Source of the DNA: Longimicrobiales bacterium
GTDB taxonomy: Bacteria; Gemmatimonadota; Gemmatimonadetes; Longimicrobiales; Gaopeijiaceae
Assembly: GCA_965249725.1 (NCBI GenBank)
Contig: CBDFMQ010000002.1
Coordinates: forward strand, 640,001 to 704,000
Direction of reading: 5' to 3'
DNA: 64,000 nt
A program made the translations under genes and the position numbers. Positions 19,613 to 28,443 of this stretch are shown here, one piece after another. Position 1 is the first letter of the stretch; the number at the start of each line of letters is the position of its first letter. The notes below the pieces were generated by a model. The model saw only the letters and a program-made list of their open reading frames with translations. It searched no databases and was not told where the DNA came from.

Positions 19613-20098
19613 TCACATCCCCACTTGAATCGAGACCTTGGCCTGAAATCCCTCGACGTTGGGTTCTATGGCGAGGTTCAGTCGCTGGCGAAGCTCTTCA
19701 TTGTGGCGCCTCGCGTAGTCCATTGCCGAGACCACTCCCCACACCCTTCCCCCGAGATACGCCAGGACCCCTCCGATGATGAGAGCGTCATTGCCATCCT
19801 GAATGCAGGAGCCGAGAAACTGCTGCCTACATCCGACTGAGGTCCCGGCGATTGCGAGCACGAGACCTCCAACGCTCACCACCGTTGGCTTCAGGCCGAC
19901 CTTCGCATCATCCACGTAGGCGTGGCCGACAATGGGGATGGCCATTTCGAGCATGATGGCGGCGAGCTCGTCCTTTTTTTCGGCATTGTACCGGGATAGG
20001 GCGTCAGAGCTACCGGTCACCTGACCCACGACGGGGCTTACTGGCAGCAGGGTTGTGGTGGAGAGAACGAGCAACAGGAGTGTGAGTGATCCACGCAT
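19613..20098 (-). CDS. Hypothetical exported/membrane protein
   Basis: GGAGG RBS, signal-like N-terminus, KK...A..L....P..GHAY motif, TM segments. Confidence 0.7.
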   Translation of the reverse strand: MRGSLTLLLLVLSTTTLLPVSPVVGQVTGSSDALSRYNAEKKDELAAIMLEMAIPIVGHAYVDDAKVGLKPTVVSVGGLVLAIAGTSVGCRQQFLGSCIQDGNDALIIGGVLAYLGGRVWGVVSAMDYARRHNEELRQRLNLAIEPNVEGFQAKVSIQVGM

Positions 20099-20251
20099 TT
20101 GGGGCCTCCGTGAAAAGAAGAGGGTGAGAGAGACCAGCTCAGGACACCGTCACCGACGCTGGCTCCTCCACGATGTGCCAATGTCCGTAGCGACAATAAT
20201 GCTACTTCTATGCTGTCGCAAGAATGACGCGCCGACCTCACGGTTGGCGCC

Positions 20252-20548
20252 ATGGCAAAGATCAAGAAGACTCACCTCAGGGTGTCAATCGGGCTTCGAC
20301 TGCGGGCTCTTCGTCAGGAAGCTGGGATAAGCTCACAGGAGGCCTTGGCGCACAGGGCCGGAGTTCACCGGACTTACATAGGACGGCTAGAGCGAGGGGA
20401 GAGCGGGGTGACGGTGGATTCCCTCGCGGCTATTCTCGCTGTGTTTCCGGTTAGCCTAGCGGAGTTCTTTCAACCGTTTAATGAAGCCGTGCGCCCAGCC
20501 ACACCGAGGAAGCGATCGCCAACGGTGCGCCGTACGCCAGATACATAG
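20252..20548 (+). CDS. XRE-family HTH regulator (controller-protein-like)
   Basis: IGLRLRALR...SQEALAHRAGVHRTYIGRLERGE. Confidence 0.85.
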   Translation: MAKIKKTHLRVSIGLRLRALRQEAGISSQEALAHRAGVHRTYIGRLERGESGVTVDSLAAILAVFPVSLAEFFQPFNEAVRPATPRKRSPTVRRTPDT

Positions 20549-20731
20549 ACTCCACAGGATTCGCGAGGAGGGGCGCGATCCCGTAATCACTGGCGAGCGG
20601 AGGAATCTATCGGTCCGGACTTATGGGTCACTTCGGCATTGCAGCGCGATTTGATGCCTACGCTATGAAGTGTGGCCGCTGCCCATCAGTATGGGATTCC
20701 ATGGTGGCCTGAAGTGTGGTACAGTTTGTCA

Positions 20732-21088
20732 ATGGCAATAACTCGATCTGTCTCAAGGCACATGGTTCACTTGGTCCTCGCGATAGCTTTGGTACTCATG
20801 TCGGTATTCGTTCCGGTGGTAGTTGAGACGCGACATGAGCTGTCGGAGGTCAGGTTGGGGTTGCCGTTGCGATTTCTCACGCAGGATCTATCCGTTCTCC
20901 CCTATGGGAGGGGTGGAGACGCGGATCCGCTTCCCATAGAGCGGGCGCTATTGAGTCCGTGGGAGTACCCCTTCAGGGTGTCTCCTTTGAGGTTGGTGCT
21001 GGATGTCTTCATGACCTACTTCGTTATTTCGTTTGTTGCAGACATCTTTCGTGTGGTTATGGGGAGTGGCTCATCGCTTAGGAAGTAG
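20732..21088 (+). CDS. Hypothetical small membrane protein
   Basis: Two hydrophobic segments flanking GLPLRF; start uncertain. Confidence 0.5.
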   Translation: MAITRSVSRHMVHLVLAIALVLMSVFVPVVVETRHELSEVRLGLPLRFLTQDLSVLPYGRGGDADPLPIERALLSPWEYPFRVSPLRLVLDVFMTYFVISFVADIFRVVMGSGSSLRK

Positions 21089-22093
21089 AATCGTCTCGAT
21101 GGGATTGCCCTGAGAGGAGGCTGATCTGCGAAGCCCTTGGGTGATTGTACTGATGGGTTCCACGCTGGCAGAGAGGGGGAGGCTACTGTTCTCAACGAAC
21201 AAGAGCATCATGTAGGCTCGGACCTCTTGTGTGCCGAGCGGAGGCACTCGAATCGGTATCTGGATCAGCTTGTCGAAGTAGCTGGTCACCAGATTCTCGT
21301 TCTCGATACCCTCAAAATGACGCCGGACAGCGTGTTTGATCATCGCGTCGTCCGCCGCGATCACGAAGGCCGTGTTTTCGAGGAACAGGAGGAGCCTGAT
21401 GGCTTCAAGCGTCGAGATCGTAGTGGGCGGCAGACAGCGGTCCAAGTCGTCAATTAGCACGACAAGCGTTACGCCCAGAGCCGAGAGGGCTTCCGTGAAG
21501 CTCTGCCGGATAGCATGAATCTCTTTGGGTGGAGAAGAGCCCTGACTCGGCTTGAGTAGGCCGGAAGCTTCGGCCACGACTTTACCGGCGGTTGTCTCTG
21601 CCGCCTCAAGATCCTCGGAGGCCACCTCCCCAGCGAGCGCAGTCTTGCCAAGGCGCACAGCTTCACCGACGAGTCCGATTGGGGGGAGTCCAAGCGCTAG
21701 GGCTAGAGTAGAGCCTGCTGTCAGCTTCGCTGCTCGGAGCCAGTCAACCCGCCTGATCAGCTCCTGGACCTTATCGAGCCCGGTCTGTTCCTCCTCAGCC
21801 CTTCGCTCCAGCTCCGAGGCGATAACTTCGAGGAGAGAGGCTCTGGCATCGTCGTATCCTTGGTACAGCCACGCATTGAACTCAACGAATACGAACTTCG
21901 AATCGTCATCGTCGTCGCGCCCTTTGAGCGCGTCCCTGATGAGCTTTATCATCGACGACTTTCCGACACCCCAGGCGCCAGACACCCCGATTGACATCGG
22001 CTTGCCCTGCGCCTGGACGATGATCTCCGCGACCGTGTCGGCAACGCCGGTGAAGTTTAGAAAATCGCGTGCTGTCTCATTGTCGTGCCACAC
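21071..22093 (-). pseudogene. KAP-family P-loop NTPase, QatA-like, probably 3'-truncated
   Basis: GTG start with AAAGGAGG RBS; WHDNET..DFLNF, G.WG.GKSS, FNAWLYQGYDDA, IDDLDRC, YFDKLIQIPIR.P. The tail after ENSSLP looks non-homologous and overlaps a convergent ORF. Confidence 0.75.
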
Positions 22094-22474
22094 CGTCCGC
22101 CTCCTTTGAGCCTGCCCCAAAACCGGCCCGCACCTCGTTAGAGCTATCGAGACGCGTGATAAACAAGTTCAACGTTGTTATCTCCGACGTGCGTATAAGC
22201 CTCACGAGGCCGGGGACTTGCGAAGCGGTGCGGATAAGACGCTTATGGTGTGCCCTTGATCTCTCTGCACGTTCTACAATTGACCGGTCACGGACCTGCC
22301 TGCAAGGGGGGAGGGCAGGAAAGGTAAGCGTCGACCGGAAGGGCTTTGGATCCAGCCCAGCGGCGTCAATATGCCGGGAGAGCTCGCACCGCGCCACATC
22401 CCCGCGCTTCTCACTCGGCTAAGGAGTTGCATCAGGCTCCCCGACACTGAGCTGTTCCTGTACAGTCGGCGGCT

Positions 22475-22897
22475 CTAGTCGTCGAGGAGTTTCTTCAACC
22501 GCCCTTCATTCGTGGCGTTCGGTCGTTTCTGGCGGCTCTCCCAGGTTCGGACCGCGAGTTCGTCTACGCCGATGACGTCGGCCAGTTGCCGTTGGGTTAC
22601 CCCGTGCCTCCAGCGGTATGCCTTGAGCCGCTCCGGGAGCGAATCTCCACACTCCAGCGGTACGTATCCAAGAAATTCAGTGATCCCGGGCCCGTGCCGG
22701 AGGGCAGGGGCCACGAGATTCCGTTCCCAATTGCCAATCGTAGTTTTGTCGACTCCGAGCTGGGCACCCACCTCCCGTTGGAGCATGCCCATCTCTGTTC
22801 GCTTCCGTCTGATGTGGTCTCCGATTGTCTGAAGTTGGTTGGGATACCAGGGCGGAAGGGCTCTCGCCGCCCTGAGCGTGACATGGCAACAAGGCAA
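22475..22897 (-). CDS. Tandem XRE-HTH protein lacking a convincing start of its own; in frame with the integrase after circularisation
   Basis: Two HTH units (LQREVGAQLGVDKTTIGNWERN; TQRQLADVIGVDELAVRTWE). The called TTG start lies inside the right att arm with no evident RBS. Confidence 0.85.
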   Translation of the reverse strand: MPCCHVTLRAARALPPWYPNQLQTIGDHIRRKRTEMGMLQREVGAQLGVDKTTIGNWERNLVAPALRHGPGITEFLGYVPLECGDSLPERLKAYRWRHGVTQRQLADVIGVDELAVRTWESRQKRPNATNEGRLKKLLDD

Positions 22898-22908
22898 CGC
22901 AGGAGTGT
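22884..22908. other. Right att junction: 21-bp attP arm TGGCAACAAGGCAACGCAGGA plus GTGT core
   Basis: Inverted copy of 2035-2055 with 1 mismatch; comM coding sequence resumes immediately after it. Confidence 0.9.
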
Positions 22909-23385
22909 CCGTGTGGTTGGTACGGAGACGACTCGGGGCGGTGCGGATGCGATCCGATGCACATAGAGCGTTATCGGTCGAAGGTGTCGGGTCCTCTCCT
23001 GGACCGGATCGACCTCCACGTAGAGGTCCCTGCGGTTCCGTTTCGGGAGCTCGCCGGGGATCGGGCGGGGGAGGGGACCGCCACCGTGCGCGAGCGCGTC
23101 ACCCGAGCCCGCGACCGACAGGTCGAACGACTCTGCGACTCTGCAGGGGTCTTCGCCAACGGCCAGATGGGCCCTGCGGACCTGCGCCGACACTGTCGCC
23201 CCTCCACGGAGGTGGCTCGACTCCTCCGAAGAGCCTTGGACCGATTGCGCCTGTCTGCCCGCGCGTACCACCGCATCCTCAAGGTGGCCCGGACGATCGC
23301 AGACCTCGACGGGAGTGACCGCATCACCACGGCACATGCGGCGGAGGCCGTACAGTATCGGAGCCTGGATCGACAGCGGGCGTGA
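22909..23385 (+). pseudogene. comM: YifB/ComM, 3' portion
   Basis: PCGWYGDDSGRCGC...RYRSKVSGPLLDRIDLHVEV...LSARAYHRILKVARTIADL...AEAVQYR; continues the frame broken at 2034. Confidence 0.93.
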
Positions 23386-23539
23386 GCGGCGACCGCAGCG
23401 TGGCGCTCGACCCCTGCGGGGTACCGAAGCAGGGTCCGCCGCACTACCATCCAATCATGCATCACGAGACCACACCTGAGGACTGTTGCGAGGCCACGTC
23501 GGACGACCCGACGAATCGACCGGGCGAACGGAGTGACCG

Positions 23540-24523
23540 ATGACGATCCCTTGGACCGCCGCCCTGCAGCAGCCCGCCGATAGTACGGCGGGAAGCGCCT
23601 TGACCCAGGGCATCGACTTCTTGAGCCGGGGGTTTCTTCTGGACAGCCTCTCCTGGAGGAAGATCGGCCTCACCGTCATCGTTCTGCTCGCCGTCTGGCT
23701 CGTACGGCGGGTGTTACAGCGAGTGGTCCACGGTATGGTCGAGGACCGGGCGCTCCAGTACCGCTGGGGCAAGACCATCGCGTACGTCACGTGGTTGGTC
23801 GCAGCGCTCTTGGTCGCGTCTATATGGGTCGAGGGTCTTCGACAATTGGGGACCTTCCTCGGCCTGTTCTCTGCTGGCGTGGCCATCGCCCTGAAGGACG
23901 TCATCGTTGACCTGGCCGGCTGGCTGGTCATTGTCACCAAGCCTCCCTTCGTGCTGGGGGATCGGGTGCAGATCAGCGGACACCGCGGCGACGTGGTGGA
24001 CATTTCCGTGCTCCACTTCACGCTGCTGGAAATCGGGAATTGGGTCGAGGCGGATCAGAGCACTGGCCGCGTGGTTCGAATCCCCAATTCCAAGATCCTC
24101 ACCGAGCCGATCGCCAACTACACGTCCGAGTTCCCGTTCCTTTGGAACGAGCTCCCCATCGTGGTGACGTTCGAGAGCGACTGGCGGAGGGCTAAAGAGC
24201 TGTTCATGACAGCCGCGCAGGAGGCGACCGAGGAAACCAGCCAGAAGGCGAGAGAATCGCTCAAGCGACGGCCGAGTAGAATGCTGATCTCGTACGGAAC
24301 CCTCACAGCGACGGTCTACACTTCGGTAGTGGACCAGGGCGTAAGCCTGACGATGCGGTTTCTGACCGAGCCGCGTCGACGGCGGGGCGTCCAGGAACAG
24401 CTTTGGGAAGCGGTCCTGAACGTGATCGACTCGGAGCCCACGATCGACTTGGCGTACCCGACCACGAGAATCGTCAACCTCGGGGCTGCGCCGTTCCCGC
24501 CTCTGGCCCCGGAGCGCGAGTAG
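23540..24523 (+). CDS. Small-conductance mechanosensitive channel (MscS family)
   Basis: 3 TM, PFVLGDRVQI.G..GDVVDI, IPNS.IL. Confidence 0.88.
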   Translation: MTIPWTAALQQPADSTAGSALTQGIDFLSRGFLLDSLSWRKIGLTVIVLLAVWLVRRVLQRVVHGMVEDRALQYRWGKTIAYVTWLVAALLVASIWVEGLRQLGTFLGLFSAGVAIALKDVIVDLAGWLVIVTKPPFVLGDRVQISGHRGDVVDISVLHFTLLEIGNWVEADQSTGRVVRIPNSKILTEPIANYTSEFPFLWNELPIVVTFESDWRRAKELFMTAAQEATEETSQKARESLKRRPSRMLISYGTLTATVYTSVVDQGVSLTMRFLTEPRRRRGVQEQLWEAVLNVIDSEPTIDLAYPTTRIVNLGAAPFPPLAPERE

Positions 24524-24701
24524 CTGTCAGTAAGGCGTTTCACCGGTTTTCTACGACGCCGGGCAGTTGTTAGCACTGGGGCATCCCTGTATTTTTTCCC
24601 CAGGTGCAGCTGCGACACGGCACGCATTGTCGCTTGTTCCGGGAGGGGCCCGACGGAGGGCCCGACTCATTCTCAAACCGTCTGGGGTGTGATCCGCAGT
24701 C

Positions 24702-25262
24702 ATGCGACTCTTCGTAGCCCTCAATCTGCCAAAGAAGGAAAAGGACCGCATCTACCGGGCGGCTCGCGTGCTCCGCGACTCGGAGCTGCCGGTGCAGTGG
24801 GTAGAGCCGGACAAGTTCCACATCACGTTGAAATTCCTGGGTGATGTAGCGGAGGACCGCATCGAGGCCGTGGAGGAAGCGGTGGGCCGAGTGGCGCTGA
24901 CCACGGGTGCCCTCGAGCTGGCGGTGAGCGGTTTCGGCGCTTTCCCGACCATTCGCAGGCCGCAGGTGATCTGGGTCGGAGTCGAACCCACCCCCGCACT
25001 CCGTTGTCTCAAACAGGACCTGGAGTGGGCGCTCACCGACTGCGGCTTCGACCGGGAAACTCGAGCCTTCCACCCCCACCTGACCTTGGGGAGGGCCGAA
25101 GCCAAGAACGGGGCGGGGGCCTTTCGAGGATTGGACGAGAGGGCTGCAGGCCTGACCTACAAGGGAGAAATCAAGGTCCGAAAGCTCGACTTGATGCGGA
25201 GCCGTCTTTCGAAGGCGGGAGCGAGCTATTCCCTCCATCGTAGTTCCACCTTCGAGGGATAG
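24702..25262 (+). CDS. thpR: RNA 2',3'-cyclic phosphodiesterase (2'-5' RNA ligase)
   Basis: MRLFVAL, two HxT motifs (HITLKFLG; HPHLTLGR). Confidence 0.9.
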   Translation: MRLFVALNLPKKEKDRIYRAARVLRDSELPVQWVEPDKFHITLKFLGDVAEDRIEAVEEAVGRVALTTGALELAVSGFGAFPTIRRPQVIWVGVEPTPALRCLKQDLEWALTDCGFDRETRAFHPHLTLGRAEAKNGAGAFRGLDERAAGLTYKGEIKVRKLDLMRSRLSKAGASYSLHRSSTFEG

Positions 25263-25265
25263 GCC

Positions 25266-25929
25266 GTGCTTGGACTCGGCTGCCTCAAGAGCTGCCTTGG
25301 GAAAATCGTTCTCCTGGTACTGCTCGTGGCCGCCGCGTACGGGGGATGGCTATGGGGCCCCTCAGTCTTTCCGCAACTGACGGCTTTCTTCTCCAGCGGC
25401 GAGGACGTCCCCGTCGTTACGGCGTCCCCGGAACTGGCCGAGGCCACGATGGATCGGTTCGAGGCGTTGAGGCGAGGGGAAGTGGGTGGGCAACTCGCTC
25501 TTGGTGCGAGCGAGGTCGAATCCGTGATCCGCTATTCGGTTCCGGGTATCATCCCGGCGGGCATCGGTGCACCGCGCATCGAAATGGAAGACGGCGTGGT
25601 TACGTTGTCGGCCCATGTCGCCCTGGCGTCCTTATCCGGAAATGCCGGATCTGAACGCCATTTTGGGTTTCTTGCCGGACACGCTTGAGGTGTCCTTTGA
25701 GGGTGCCCTCGCACCCTTGGACGATGAGCGTTGGGACGCCCTCGTCATCCACGGGGTGCAGGCCGGGTTCATACCGCTTCCCGATCGGATGATTCCAGAT
25801 ATCCTGGAAGCCCTGGGGAGGGAGTATGTGGGTGGCCTGCCGGAGGATGCCATCGCCATACCGCTTCCCGACGGGCTCAGCTCCGCCTACATCCTCCGCG
25901 ACAGTCTCGTGCTCGTGAGTGATCGTTAG
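25266..25929 (+). pseudogene. Hypothetical membrane-anchored protein split by a frameshift near 25632
   Basis: Overlapping ORFs 25266-25688 and 25567-25929 join into one coherent protein (AHVALAS-YPEMPDL) if one T is removed from GTCCTTATCCG. Confidence 0.7.
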
Positions 25930-25930
25930 C

Positions 25931-27307
25931 ATGTCCCGCATCCTGATCGTCGACGACGAAGAGTCCATTCGCCACGCTCTGAGGCAGGTATTCGAGTACG
26001 AAGAGCACGAAGTGTCGGCGGCCTCTGACGGACCCGATGCCATCGAGCTGTTCCAGTCCTTCGGGCCCGACGTCACGTTTCTCGATGTGAAGATGTCGGG
26101 TCTGGATGGTCTGGAGGTGCTGGCCCGAATCCGGAAGATCGATCCGGGGGCCTATGTGGTCATGATCAGCGGCCACGGCACGATCGATACGGCCGTCGAC
26201 GCCACCCGGAAGGGGGCCTTCGACTTCCTGGAGAAACCGCTCGACACGGACCGGCTTCTCGTCAGCCTGCGCAATGTGCTCGAGCTCCGCGGCCTCTCCC
26301 AGAGCGTCGAACTGCTCCGGAGCGAGGTCGACGACCGATACCGGATGGTCGGGAACTCGGCATCGATCCGTGCGGTCTTGGAGCGACTGGATCGCGTGGC
26401 CGGGACGGATGCTCGCGTGCTCATCATGGGCGAGAACGGAACCGGCAAGGAACTCGTCGCTCGAGGCGTCCATCGTCTCTCGTCCCGTCGCGAGGCTCCG
26501 TTCGTCGAGGTGAACTGCGCGGCCATTCCGGCGGAACTGATAGAGTCGGAGCTTTTCGGACACATGAAGGGCTCCTTCACCGGGGCTGTGGCCGACCGCG
26601 CGGGCACCTTCGAGCAGGCGCACGATGGCACGCTCTTCTTGGACGAAATCGGTGATATGTCGCTGGCGGCCCAGGCCAAGGTGCTTCGGGCCCTCGAGGA
26701 AGGTGTGATCACTCGGGTGGGCGGATCCAAGTCCATACAGGTCGACGTTCGCGTGATCGCCGCCACCAACAAGAACCTCCCTGAGGAGATCTCCGAAGGA
26801 CGATTCCGGGAGGACCTGTTCTACCGACTGAACGTAGTGCCCATCGTCGTGCCCCCGTTGCGTGAGCGCCCAGAGGACATCCGAGCCCTGGTCGCCCACT
26901 TCGTCGGACAGGCTGTGGGGGCCGCCCACATCGCTCCCAAGATCATGGAAGAGGGTGCCCTCGAACGGCTCGAGGGGCTCGACTGGCCCGGCAACATTCG
27001 CGAGTTGAGAAACACGGTCGAACGGCTTCTGATTCTGTCACCGGGCGAAGTCGTGAGACCGGCCGACGTGGACGCCCTGGTCGGCGGGGCCGACCGAGGA
27101 GACGGGCTGGGAATGGCTCTGCTGAGTACGGAGACGTTCGGCGACTTCAAGGAACAGGCCGAACTGGTCTACATCACGCACAAGCTCCGCGAGAACGACT
27201 GGAACGTGAGCGAGACCGCGCGTCAGATAGACATGCCGCGTTCGAATCTCTACAAGAAAATCGAGAAATACGGCCTCACCCGGGATGACAAAGGGGGCCC
27301 CGTCTAG
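25931..27307 (+). CDS. Sigma-54-dependent response regulator (NtrC/NtrX family)
   Basis: Receiver domain ILIVDDE, GENGTGKE, GSFTGA, WPGNIREL, C-terminal Fis-type HTH. Confidence 0.93.
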   Translation: MSRILIVDDEESIRHALRQVFEYEEHEVSAASDGPDAIELFQSFGPDVTFLDVKMSGLDGLEVLARIRKIDPGAYVVMISGHGTIDTAVDATRKGAFDFLEKPLDTDRLLVSLRNVLELRGLSQSVELLRSEVDDRYRMVGNSASIRAVLERLDRVAGTDARVLIMGENGTGKELVARGVHRLSSRREAPFVEVNCAAIPAELIESELFGHMKGSFTGAVADRAGTFEQAHDGTLFLDEIGDMSLAAQAKVLRALEEGVITRVGGSKSIQVDVRVIAATNKNLPEEISEGRFREDLFYRLNVVPIVVPPLRERPEDIRALVAHFVGQAVGAAHIAPKIMEEGALERLEGLDWPGNIRELRNTVERLLILSPGEVVRPADVDALVGGADRGDGLGMALLSTETFGDFKEQAELVYITHKLRENDWNVSETARQIDMPRSNLYKKIEKYGLTRDDKGGPV

Positions 27308-28143
27308 GGCGACCCGGGTTCCTTCCTTATCTCGGCACCGTTGGGCAGTGCATACAACGCGTCGAGCGTTCTGAAGTCCCTCGTCGAGAGACTGCGCGCG
27401 GTGTTGGTGGGGTACATCACGTCACGCTGCGAGTCACTGTGTGGCAACCCCAACGCATGTCCCATCTCATGAGCTGCGGTCAGGAGCACCTGCTGTGGTG
27501 TCAGGGCCTGTCTGTAGTTCGACGGATTTCGGGAGGCCAACACCAGCCTGAGCACCCGGAAGCGCGGCTCCCCTGATTCGAATCGCCATTCGATGCCCGT
27601 TACGCCGAGTTGGGTTCCGTAGAGACCCGTGTTCCACGAGACCGTGATGTCGGCGGGTTCCGCCGACGTCGTGCGAGAGTCGATGACCAACTCGAAGGGC
27701 TTGCGATTCCAGTACTGGAAGCCACGGACGGCGGCGCGTTGGAGGTCCCTTATCTGGCTCTGATCCCTTCCCGGAGGCGGGGGGATGCGGATGCGCAGAC
27801 GGGTGGTCCCGTCAGGCCACCGATAGGCGCGTTGGGAGCCTGATTCCTCTAGCTCAGTGCAGAGGTACCCGACATCCCGGCAGGCTTCACCGGCCTGGAG
27901 AACGACGCGTGCCGCATTGGGGCCCGCCAACACGCCTTCATCGCAGAACGACGGGTCGCCAGCAGGGCAATCACTCGCTGCATCAACACCCGCGCCCTCC
28001 GAGTCGGCGAACATGGGCACCCGCCCGCGCAGCACGTTCACTGCCACGGCAAGGATCCCAATCAGGAGAAGGAATGAGACTGGAGATGGTTTTCCGCGCA
28101 CACACACCGCCTTCGGTACTCTTGACTCGAGTCGGTCCCTCAC
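27304..28143 (-). CDS. Matrixin-family (M10) zinc metalloprotease
   Basis: HEMGHALGLPHS zinc motif and Met-turn DVMYP; N-terminal TM. Start uncertain. Confidence 0.85.
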   Translation of the reverse strand: MRDRLESRVPKAVCVRGKPSPVSFLLLIGILAVAVNVLRGRVPMFADSEGAGVDAASDCPAGDPSFCDEGVLAGPNAARVVLQAGEACRDVGYLCTELEESGSQRAYRWPDGTTRLRIRIPPPPGRDQSQIRDLQRAAVRGFQYWNRKPFELVIDSRTTSAEPADITVSWNTGLYGTQLGVTGIEWRFESGEPRFRVLRLVLASRNPSNYRQALTPQQVLLTAAHEMGHALGLPHSDSQRDVMYPTNTARSLSTRDFRTLDALYALPNGAEIRKEPGSP

Positions 28144-28270
28144 TGTTGTGATACGCCGACTCCTTCTATCAACACTAGGTTCGGATCCCCGTTGGAGGGA
28201 AGGCTCGCGTGCACGAGCGCGCCAGCCCCGAGACTGGAACGGAGGTCGGGCGCCTGTGTATTTTGAAAAA

Positions 28271-28354
28271 CCCGTCAGGTTTTTCGTCGGGTTTCCCGTC
28301 GAGCTTCCCGTCGAGCTTCACGTCGAGCTTTACGTCGAGCTTTACGTCGAGCTT
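28271..28354. repeat. Intergenic tandem repeat, 7 x 12 bp (consensus YMCGTCGAGCTT)
   Basis: Read directly; the first two units are degenerate. Confidence 0.9.
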
Positions 28355-28443
28355 TAAGCGTGACCGGGACAGGGGACCGAGAGGGTCGCCCCCCGGGCGA
28401 GCGGATGTGGTCCATGACCTAACGTGAGAGCGAAGGACGATAG

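Larger units (their letters stand above)
2035..22908. mobile_element. Serine-integrase integrative element (~20.9 kb) inserted in comM
   Basis: Splits comM in frame. GTGT core at 2031-2034 and 22905-22908, 21-bp terminal inverted repeats, large serine recombinase at the left end, VirD4-like ATPases and cargo inside. Confidence 0.93.

Noticed and set aside
20617..20629. C-box-like GACTTATGGGTC
   Set aside because: Imperfect spacing, and it lies downstream rather than upstream of the XRE gene; may be chance.
2035..22908. Prophage or canonical ICE
   Set aside because: No capsid, terminase, tail or lysis genes, and no recognisable relaxase or VirB-type channel genes.
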